Of a stretch of 64,000 nt of DNA, positions 49,980-58,151 are shown piece by piece. The notes beneath the pieces were generated by a model that made no database searches, was not told where the DNA came from, and saw only the letters and a program-made list of their open reading frames with translations. This DNA comes from Planctomycetota bacterium (GTDB lineage: Bacteria; Planctomycetota; UBA8108; SXIK01): assembly GCA_965223845.1 (NCBI GenBank), contig CBDCXR010000004.1, forward strand, positions 4,832,001-4,896,000, given 5' to 3'. Numbering within the stretch: the first letter of the stretch is position 1; each line of letters starts with the position of its first letter. Position numbers and translations under genes: made by a program.

Positions 49980-50861
49980 ATGTCCTTACTTCACGGATTC
50001 TATGAAAAGCTATCGAAAACAACCACTGGTGGCGAGCGAGCAGAAAAGCTCATCTACAGCAAGAAGTTCTGCGAGCACTGGAACGCCAAAAAACAAGTAG
50101 CCGCAGCGGCTGCCCAACTGATGCAAAAGCTTGAACTCACAGCCTTGACAGTGCCGGAAGGAAGTAGCGCATCAGCAATTTATGAAGAATACGTAACCAA
50201 ACGAAATGATTTACGGCCTCTTACTATTTACACTAACAATTGCGACGTTCTGCTTCACCGGACACTCGGAGAGAGCGAATCGTACGTCGAGACCTTAGAT
50301 ATTCGTATGGCTCCGGGAAAGGTCCGCGCGCGCTCCGGAGCGATTCTTGGCCAACAAACAGATGATTGGTTCTCCAAGAACATTCACGGACTATGCTTGC
50401 TCCCAGTTTCTGCATTCCACTGGGATCAGGGCCCCTGCGCTAGAGACCCCAAAGCGCGAAATATCAAGAGGCGCATTCTTGAACTCGCAGAGAATCTCCT
50501 TCTCGTGCTCGACAGTCAGAAAATGCGGAAGAACATCCTTCCGTTTCTCACACACGTAGCAGATCGAAGCGAGTGGAAAAACTGGATCAACGGGCGGTAC
50601 AACCGAAACATGTGGGTCGTGACAACGCTTAGTCCTCGAATCCATGAGCACTGGGAGTCAAGTGACGACCCGCTATGCGCAATTCGTCAATTGACGCTCG
50701 ATGAAGACGAGAAGAAAGAGCTAGCCTGCCTTGAGGAGATATGGGCGATCCTGACAAATCGGTCTCTATTGGGCAAGAAGAACGGTAAGAACAGGGCAAA
50801 GTCCAAGCGCGCTCATGATCCCACGGATCGACTAATAATCGCAGGTCCGCATTCCGCTTAA
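49980..50861 (+). CDS. Low-GC gene: DeoR/GlpR C-terminal (sugar-phosphate sensor)-like domain without an HTH
   Basis: AGGAGG before ATG 49980; AKKQVAAAAAQL, EGSS, LTIYTNN, PGKVR..GAILG, IKRRILELAENLLLVLDSQK track the DeoRC consensus; sampled lines 40-47% GC. Confidence 0.7.
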   Translation: MSLLHGFYEKLSKTTTGGERAEKLIYSKKFCEHWNAKKQVAAAAAQLMQKLELTALTVPEGSSASAIYEEYVTKRNDLRPLTIYTNNCDVLLHRTLGESESYVETLDIRMAPGKVRARSGAILGQQTDDWFSKNIHGLCLLPVSAFHWDQGPCARDPKARNIKRRILELAENLLLVLDSQKMRKNILPFLTHVADRSEWKNWINGRYNRNMWVVTTLSPRIHEHWESSDDPLCAIRQLTLDEDEKKELACLEEIWAILTNRSLLGKKNGKNRAKSKRAHDPTDRLIIAGPHSA

Positions 50862-51084
50862 TCAATTCGCTACGATCCCTCGATGCCAACAAGACGACAC
50901 GGAGAGAGCGTCCCTCGCGGAGTCGTCGGCAGACACCGAGCGTGGAAACTTGGGCGAAAGTGACCGAAGGAATCCAGCCCGAACGACGACTCTCATTGAC
51001 CTCGATCCTTGCGGCTATCCCGCATCGATTAGGCGATCTCTTTTCGCGGGCGCTCGAACACAACGAGCGCCCGCGAAAATGCGA

Positions 51085-51240
51085 TTAGTCCTCCTTCCGC
51101 AAGTGACGCGAGAGGAATCGATTGGTTCGACGTACAAATGCATCCCGAGCGGCTTGACGAGGCAGTCGCCGCCGTAGGGCGCGCCTCCTCGTCCGACCGC
51201 GACGCAGCAGAGCCCCCCGTCTTCGCGCATCACGACACAT
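51085..51240 (-). CDS. Putative 51-aa arginine-rich peptide
   Basis: CAGGAGGG 8 nt before ATG 51240; 20/51 Arg; could be an off-frame artefact. Confidence 0.3.
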   Translation of the reverse strand: MCRDARRRGALLRRGRTRRRALRRRLPRQAARDAFVRRTNRFLSRHLRKED

Positions 51241-51302
51241 AGGCGTAGCCCTCCTGAGCACCTCAAAACTCTTGGAAAGACACAGCCGAACAAGCCGACC
51301 GA

Positions 51303-51515
51303 TCAATCGTCTTCGAACATGTCCGCGTCTTCGAACGCAGAAGGGTCGTGCCCGAAGACTCGTCGGAGGCCTGCGACCTCTTCCTTGAGCTGGGACATTA
51401 CGTCGAGAAGATCCCGGACGCTGCCGGAACTCACCTCAGCTGGTCGCGCACCTCGAGCGATCTCGTCGAGCATCCACGCAGGTACGGCCGAACCGGATCG
51501 TTGGGGTCGCTTCAT
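51303..51515 (-). CDS. Small hypothetical protein (70 aa, short coiled coil, acidic tail)
   Basis: GGAGGA before ATG 51515; protein-like composition; ends FEDADMFEDD. Confidence 0.5.
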   Translation of the reverse strand: MKRPQRSGSAVPAWMLDEIARGARPAEVSSGSVRDLLDVMSQLKEEVAGLRRVFGHDPSAFEDADMFEDD

Positions 51516-51725
51516 AGCTCTACTCCTCCGAACTCGACGCTCCGAGGAACGGGCCGCCGTGGCGGCCGAAAGGGTCGCACGCGTGCACGAGTTCCTCGGA
51601 CCATTCCGAGCAAACCCGGCTGCGCGCAACGGAGGAGGAAGATTAGCCGGTGTGTTGCGCGATAACCGGCGAGACTGTCGCGATAAGCGACGACGGCGAG
51701 CGCCAACCTTCCTCAGTGGGAAGAG

Positions 51726-51753
51726 AGTTTACGCAAACATCTCCGATTGTCAA
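51726..51753 (-). promoter_or_regulatory. Sigma70-like promoter
   Basis: Minus strand TTGACA-N16-TAAACT, rare in this GC background. Confidence 0.6.
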
Positions 51754-52733
51754 GACTCTTTCGACTCACGAGCCGAACGCCAGGGATGCGGCGCGCTGAT
51801 CGGGAAGATGCGCGAGTAGTTCGACGCGCCGGCGTCGCTTTTCGGTGACGGGACGTAGGGGTTGCGAAGAAGCGATCGATACGGAAGCGGCGCAGCGAAG
51901 TACGCGTGATTGCTTCCCGTGATGAGGAATCGGTCGCCGAAGTCGGTGAACCCGATGCCGAAGGTTCCGCTCCCGGCGGTTACCGGTTCGAGCGCACTTC
52001 CGTCGGGCCGGATGCGGAAGTCGCTGCTCCCGAGCGAGACGGGCGTCCCAAGCTCGGGCCCTCGGATGGTGCCGCCGTGACCGCGCGCGATGTAAATCCA
52101 ATTGTCGAGCCCCCAACGCGGAGAGTTGATTCCGCGTTCGAGCGGACCGAGACCAAAGCCGGAGAACATCGTCTCGCGCACCTCGGCGACATCGTCACCG
52201 TCGCGATCGGCGAGGAAGACGATGTCCGGCGCGCAAGTCACGATGAGTCCGCCGCGGGCCGGAAGAATCCCGTAGCAGGGCGGGAGTCGATCGGCCCAAA
52301 CGTGCGCTCGGTCCATGCGGCCGTCGCCGTCGGTGTCCTCGAGTCGCTTCACCGTCCCATAGGTATCTTTCGCCGCGGCCTTCTTCGCTTCGGGCGGAGC
52401 CTGAATCCGCCGTACGGTGCGGTCGAGCTCTCCCGTCTTATTGAGCTCCTCGACATCGAGATGCCCCTCGAGGTTGTAACCGTGGAGCTCGCACACGAAG
52501 AGTCGACCGTTTTCGTCCCACGCAACGCCCGTCGGGTCCGCGATGAGGGGCTCGCTAGCGACGAGATCGATCTCGAAGCCGTCCTTGAGCCGGAAGAACT
52601 CTCGGCTCTTCTCGGGCGACGAAGGCTGAGGAGCGTCCGCTGCCCGTTCGATCTGTGCGGGGAGACGATGCCCCGGGCCGAACGCGATCGCAGCCGCGAT
52701 TGCGACCGAGGCGAAACAACGGCGAGTCGTCAT
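51750..52733 (-). pseudogene. Truncated 5' duplicate (327 aa) of the PVC heme protein gene with a different signal peptide
   Basis: Identical to the N-terminus of 46092-49721 apart from the signal peptide and one K/E change; breaks at HPWR, then 8 unrelated codons and TGA. Confidence 0.85.
51778..52672. repeat. Direct repeat copy 2 (895 bp)
   Basis: See copy 1 at 48766-49660. Confidence 0.95.
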
Positions 52734-53032
52734 GGAGAAAATCGATCCGTTCCAGGGCTGAATCGAGGACCCACGGCTCGGACGAACCCGTCCGCGAGTC
52801 GCGAACAGCGCCAGTGGCACCTGCGACCGGAGATTAAGGATCGACGCCGGGCGCGCGTAGACGAGTCGCCCGTCGCTTTCTCCGGCGCCGCAGAGTTCGT
52901 CCACCTCCTTGAAGGCGGTGACTGGGTCGCCTCTAGGCTTCGAGTGCGACCGAATGCATCGTAGCACGCGCCGGATCGACGAACACGCGAGACGAACGAG
53001 CCGCACGGGTTCGGAAGAGACCACTCGAATCG

Positions 53033-54106
53033 TCAACCAGCCGGTCGACGTCCTGCGACGAGCCTGATTCCGCACCCGACGACGATGATCACCAGAAGCG
53101 TGAGCGCCCCCGGGGTCAACGCGGGAACTCGGCGATCTGCCGCTTCCGCCGGCACGAGCGCGTCGTGGGCGTCCGTCGTACTGAAACCCTGGCTCGGAGC
53201 GCCGCCCGGAATGTGGATGCGGATGCCGACGACCGCCGCGCCGATTCCGTGGCGCGGGTTGGGCATCGGGGCGCGCTCCTCCCATTCGTCCTTCGCGGGG
53301 TCGTACACCTCGACTTCGGAGAAGATGCCGCGGGCGTTCTCCGGATTGCCCTCCCCGCCGAACACGAACATCTTTCCCGCGAACGCGGCTGCGGCGATGC
53401 CGGCTCGCTTTGTCGGAAGCGGAGCGAGCTCCGTCCACTCTCCCGTCGTGGGATTGAAACTCTCTAGCGCGCCGCCGGAGAGCGCACCCGCACGCCCTCC
53501 CGCGGCGTAGATGATTCCGCCGATCGCGACGGCCGCCAGGTGATTGCGAGCCGTCGGCATCTCGGTGAGCACCTCCCAGGCATCGACCGCAGGATCGTAC
53601 ACTTCGAGATCCGCGAAGCTCAGCGCTCCGCTCTGTCCTCCGGCGGCGTAGATCTTGCCGCCCGCAGTAGCAACCCCCATGGCGCCACGCGCGCGATTCA
53701 GCGAAGCGACCGGCTCCCACTCTCCGGACTCAGGCGAAAACGCGAACACCGTATCCACACCGCGGAAGGTGCTGTTCAGTCCCCCGATCGCGTACACCCG
53801 CCCCGCCGCCGACGCGGCCCCGACGTGATGGAGCCGAACGTCGTCGGGGAGCGGCGCGATCACTTCCCATTCGTTCGTTCGGACGCTGAAACGTTCGACC
53901 GCACCTACCGCAGCTCGGTTTTCCGCGATTCCGCCGATCACGTAGATTTCGCCATCGAGCTCGGCGACGCCGACTTCCTGGCGCGGCTCCGGGAGGGGCG
54001 GCAGATCGACCCAGTCGTCGGTCGTTCCCCGGCTCGGTACTCCGATCCAGCCGATCAAGAGTGCTGCGCAAAACCCGACACGAGCAGACGTAGGTTCATC
54101 GAGCAT
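53033..54106 (-). CDS. Secreted Kelch-repeat propeller with IPTL-CTERM-like anchor
   Basis: Six IYxxGG..VExY..W kelch repeats; C-terminal VPAL + TM helix + RR. Confidence 0.85.
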   Translation of the reverse strand: MLDEPTSARVGFCAALLIGWIGVPSRGTTDDWVDLPPLPEPRQEVGVAELDGEIYVIGGIAENRAAVGAVERFSVRTNEWEVIAPLPDDVRLHHVGAASAAGRVYAIGGLNSTFRGVDTVFAFSPESGEWEPVASLNRARGAMGVATAGGKIYAAGGQSGALSFADLEVYDPAVDAWEVLTEMPTARNHLAAVAIGGIIYAAGGRAGALSGGALESFNPTTGEWTELAPLPTKRAGIAAAAFAGKMFVFGGEGNPENARGIFSEVEVYDPAKDEWEERAPMPNPRHGIGAAVVGIRIHIPGGAPSQGFSTTDAHDALVPAEAADRRVPALTPGALTLLVIIVVGCGIRLVAGRRPAG

Positions 54107-54716
54107 CGGAATCCCGCCTTCTCTAGTCGCAGATTGTCCTCGAGCGCTCGGGGAGACGAATCGAAGCGCGCGCGGGAAGCGGCCGCATCGTTCGACTCAC
54201 GTCGACTCTCCGGCCGCGGATTCGCCTGGCTCGACTTTCAACGCCTGAGTTTCGCGAGTCAAGTTTCGTTCGGACGGAGATCGCGAAGAATTCATCCGCA
54301 GCCCGGTACGTTCGGCCGCCATGAACGCAAACATCATTCGCGCGGCTTACTTCGATCGTTCGGAGAGCAGGTGCGAAGGAACTAGGACCATGAGCTGATC
54401 GATGCCGACGCGACGGCGTGGTGCGCTGAGATCAACCCCGTTCTCGAGTCGGTCGAGGCCGCGACCGATGGCGAGAGAGTTCGGACCGGGCGTCCGGGAC
54501 TCGAGAAGCGGGTCTCCCAGGTGTCGATCGGTACACAACCCGTTTCACCCGTCCGCGGCCTGCTCTTACCGCGTAAGATCGACGTCGCGCTGCGACTGCG
54601 AGCGCGCGTCACGTGGAGGAGTTCATGTGCCGCGACGGGAAAGGGTCGTCATCAGCGGTGACTTGAGCGTCACGAAATTCCTAACGCCAACGGGTTCAAA
54701 AGGGTTCGAGGTCGCA

Positions 54717-55331
54717 ATGGCAGCCACGCGGGTACAGGCCATATTCGCAAGCGAGGCGCCGGTTGGATTGGTATTTTGTCGCGGGCCGAGTGACTGGTGG
54801 CAGCTCTTTCTGTGGAAGACTCGTCGCGACGAATTCGAAGCGGGGGCATGGTTTCGTGGGGTGCTTCGACCTCAACTCTGTGACTTGTCCTCCGACGGCA
54901 AACTCTTCGTTTACGCAGCGACCAAATTCCGGCGAAGTAAGGGGGAGCCGCCACGAAGCTGGACGGCCGTAAGCCGACCGCCGTGGATCAGCCCTCTCGT
55001 CGCGTGGGAGAACTGCGGATCGTGGACGGGAGGAGGAAAGTTCACTTCGAATCGTCGACTGCTCGTCGACGCCGAAGGTCCCGTCCAGCGAGGTTCCGTC
55101 GGCTGCCTCGAGGTCGAGTACGGCGACGCCCCGATGCATCAGCCGCGAAATCCCGCCGCCGCGACCGAAGACGGTGCGGACTGGATCAGCCGGGATCCCA
55201 GTGACTCGATCGTGTTCTCTCGCGGCGGCGCTCTCTACCGCCGGAGCTCGATCGGGGTAAGACTCATCCGCGAGTTCCCGGAGAAGATCCCCGACCCCAG
55301 GCCCCCTCCAAGTCATGCGACTCACTGGTAG
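54717..55331 (+). CDS. Hypothetical Trp-rich protein
   Basis: GAGG before ATG 54717; RGPSxW..GAWFRG..CDLSSDG..WTAVSRPPW..WTGGG. Confidence 0.65.
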   Translation: MAATRVQAIFASEAPVGLVFCRGPSDWWQLFLWKTRRDEFEAGAWFRGVLRPQLCDLSSDGKLFVYAATKFRRSKGEPPRSWTAVSRPPWISPLVAWENCGSWTGGGKFTSNRRLLVDAEGPVQRGSVGCLEVEYGDAPMHQPRNPAAATEDGADWISRDPSDSIVFSRGGALYRRSSIGVRLIREFPEKIPDPRPPPSHATHW

Positions 55332-55673
55332 CACCGCCGAAACATCATCTTGTCCCCCATCGTTTGTCGGTGGGCTGAGACCGCAGAGAGAGACTCGTAC
55401 GAGATTCGATGGACGCGCGGTTCTCACCCGGATCGATCCGGCCTGAGGGACTCTACTCATTTTCTGAAGGCCCGGCTGAGACGCCCCTGTTTCCCCATGA
55501 GCACCCGAGCCTGACGCTCCAATTTCCGCGCGGCAACCGGTGCCAGCCGGCACAATGATGAGACCGAAGTCTCGCTCTCATACCCGAAGCCATCGGAGTC
55601 CAGGCCCCGCTTTTCTTCTGACCTGAGAGGAGTGAGTGCGTCTTCCGGTGGTTAGCTCGAACTCAGCCACCTG

Positions 55674-56198
55674 ATGTTTCTCTGCCCCACCTGCGGCACC
55701 GAGTTGCGGCGAACGACCTACGAATCCGTGCCGCTGTTCGCCTGCGAGCGCTGCCGCGGTCATCTCATCTGCGAAGCCCGCCTCGACTCGATCCGCGAGG
55801 AGCGACGGTACGACGAAGCCGAGCTTCGGCGGCAGGCCGTGCACGAGTCGTCCGCGGAGCGGCAGAATCCGCTCCAGTGTCCCGCGTGCTGCTCGCAAAT
55901 GGACCGCCAGCACGTCTTGGACGTGATCGAGATCGATGTCTGCCTCGCGTGCGATCGGGTGTGGCTCGACGCGGGCGAAATCGCCCTTCTCCAGCTCGCC
56001 CACGAAGCATCGACCGGCGCACAGAGCGAGCGAGAAGCTCGCGCTCGCTTCGCGCGGCTCGTCCCGGACCCGAACCGCCGCGCGCGGTTAGAGGAGAACG
56101 TGTCGCGTTCCGAACCATCGGGCGTTCTCGACGCCGTCGGGGAGGTCTCATCGACGGTCGTGTCGCTCGCCCTCGAATTCCTGTTCGCGCACTGGTAA
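55674..56198 (+). CDS. Double zinc-ribbon (zf-TFIIB-like) protein
   Basis: CPTC/CERC and CPAC/CLAC pairs; VWLDAGEI. Confidence 0.85.
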   Translation: MFLCPTCGTELRRTTYESVPLFACERCRGHLICEARLDSIREERRYDEAELRRQAVHESSAERQNPLQCPACCSQMDRQHVLDVIEIDVCLACDRVWLDAGEIALLQLAHEASTGAQSEREARARFARLVPDPNRRARLEENVSRSEPSGVLDAVGEVSSTVVSLALEFLFAHW

Positions 56199-56302
56199 AT
56201 CGAGGATCCTCCGCGACGGCCACTATCGATCGTCGCTCGCGCCACGGAATCGCGCGATTCGATCGTCCGACGCAAGCGTCGCGGAGGATCTTCACAGAGT
56301 CT

Positions 56303-57697
56303 CTACCCGAGCCTTCCGGGAGCACGATCCGCCTGAGCGGCTTCGCTCGCGCCGAGGATCGCACGATTGAGCGCCCCGCCACCGACGACGAGCTCTTCGA
56401 TCGCGAGCTCGACATCCCTCTCGATCAGCTCAGTGGACTCAGCGTCTCTCTCGAGCTGGTACTGGGCGGCACGGCGCATCAGCTCCTTAATCAACGCTCC
56501 ACTCACGTTCTCGACTCGCGTCGCGGTGTGGCGAACGAGCTCGTCCGAGACGGAGAGACCCGAGGCGTACATGCGAATCAGCCTTGCTCGGCCTTCTTCG
56601 TCCGGGTACGGAAACTCGATGGCCTGATCGATCCGCCCCGGCCTCGACGCGAGCGCTCGCTCGAGAACCTCGGGACGATTGGTGGTCAGGATGAAGAGGA
56701 CGTCGGAATCGGGCTTGAGTCCGTCCATTTCGTTGAGGAGCTGGTGGAGAACCGACACCGAATTTCTATCTCGTCTCCACGCACGATCCTCGCCGACGAG
56801 GTCGACGTCCTCGATGACGACGACGCTCGGCCGGAGCAGCCGAGCCAGCGTCATGTACTCGGGAAGACGTCCCATCTCGTCGGCCGCGACGAGGAACGTC
56901 GTGTAACCCTCGAGCACCGATGCGAGATAGCGAACCGTGTGCGTCTTCCCGGTGCCGGGAGGTCCGTAGAAGAGGAGACCCTTCTTCGTCGACAGACGTC
57001 GCTCGGCGAGTTGACGCCGCGTCGCAGCGAACCGAACGACGTTCCGCTCGAGCAGCTCGAGCGTCCGGCGAGGGAAGACCACTTCGTCGCGCGCGACGGG
57101 AGGCAGCCGATGGACCGAAACACCGGTCGAAGTGCCTCCGTACGGCGTTCTAGGCTCGAGCGAGAGAACTTTCCCGCGATAGGAATCCGATCTCGCGACG
57201 GCACGTCCGAGGCGCCGGAAGAACTCCCGGGTGATTCGCACCCCCGCTTCGCTATTCGGTGCGACAAGCTGGAATTTCACCGGTCCGCACTGATGATCGC
57301 GCTTGGAAAGAAGAAGCAGACCGAACGACACGCCGTCGTGCTCAAGGAGCCACAGCCCTCGCTCGAGGCAGCGAACCGGCTGGTCCTCCCCGATGTCGAT
57401 CTCTTCGTATTCGGGAGGGATCACGTACACCCGTTCGTCATCTGGGCCGAAAGCGAGAAGACTCGAGAACGTCACCTCGCGGTGGTCCCACTGGGAGCGA
57501 AACGCCGTGAAGTACGACACCTCGTACTCCGTCTCGACCACACGATCGATAAAACGCTGAAGATCCGCACGAATGCGTCGAGGATAGCTCCTCTCGGTGA
57601 TGGCGAGATCGTTCGGCGTATTCACACCGAAGTAGCCGAGGACGAAGGAAGACAGGGTGCTCCGAGCTTCTTGAGTGTTCTGAGATTCTGTAGTCAT
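56303..57697 (-). CDS. Single-module AAA+ ATPase with N-terminal extension
   Basis: GLLFYGPPGTGKT, VVIEDVD, LLNEMDG, TTNRPE, RPGRID. Confidence 0.9.
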   Translation of the reverse strand: MTTESQNTQEARSTLSSFVLGYFGVNTPNDLAITERSYPRRIRADLQRFIDRVVETEYEVSYFTAFRSQWDHREVTFSSLLAFGPDDERVYVIPPEYEEIDIGEDQPVRCLERGLWLLEHDGVSFGLLLLSKRDHQCGPVKFQLVAPNSEAGVRITREFFRRLGRAVARSDSYRGKVLSLEPRTPYGGTSTGVSVHRLPPVARDEVVFPRRTLELLERNVVRFAATRRQLAERRLSTKKGLLFYGPPGTGKTHTVRYLASVLEGYTTFLVAADEMGRLPEYMTLARLLRPSVVVIEDVDLVGEDRAWRRDRNSVSVLHQLLNEMDGLKPDSDVLFILTTNRPEVLERALASRPGRIDQAIEFPYPDEEGRARLIRMYASGLSVSDELVRHTATRVENVSGALIKELMRRAAQYQLERDAESTELIERDVELAIEELVVGGGALNRAILGASEAAQADRAPGRLG

Positions 57698-58151
57698 GAG
57701 TCGCGCGAGATCGGTGCTCGCGATCGAAAGACAGGAAAACTAGTCATGTCCGAACATGGGTCCGACGGTCGCCGTGGCGGAGGCCCTCGCGCCCGCGGGA
57801 ACGCTCGAGGTCCTCCGGCCGATCGATCGACGCTCGCCGACGTCGGGCGAGAGTTAGGTTCGCCGTCGAGACCCCCGGGGACAGCCCCGTCCACCTGCAC
57901 GTCGACGCAGAGATACTCGAGACGCTCTTTCTCGAGACCTTGTTCCTCAAGACGATCCGGCGGACCGAACCCCGTCCTGAGGAGGAGCGCTTCTTCGTTT
58001 GAATCAAGCGTCGGAGCCGATGAATCGACTCGAAATACGAGAAGCGATGTGCTTGCTGGTCGACGAGCGGATGATTTTCCGTCGCTCGCGGAGGGTCGTC
58101 AACCACTCGCTCAGATAAACTGACGCCGTTCGTCCTCGCCGGAGCTCCGCT

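Noticed and set aside
48766-52672. Diversity-generating retroelement template/variable repeat pair
   Set aside because: No reverse transcriptase in the window, the repeat is 895 bp at the 5' end of the gene, and the two differences are not both at adenines on one strand.
52734-53720. N-terminal half of the 656-aa ORF as a real fusion to the duplicated gene
   Set aside because: It is an off-frame read-through of the Kelch gene and spacer; the true start is the ATG at 52733, which aligns exactly with the ATG of the intact copy.
55640-57860. Integron attC sites (GTTAGCT near 55651, GTTAGGT near 57853)
   Set aside because: No matching inverse core (RYYYAAC) or attC stem found upstream, and no integrase in the window.
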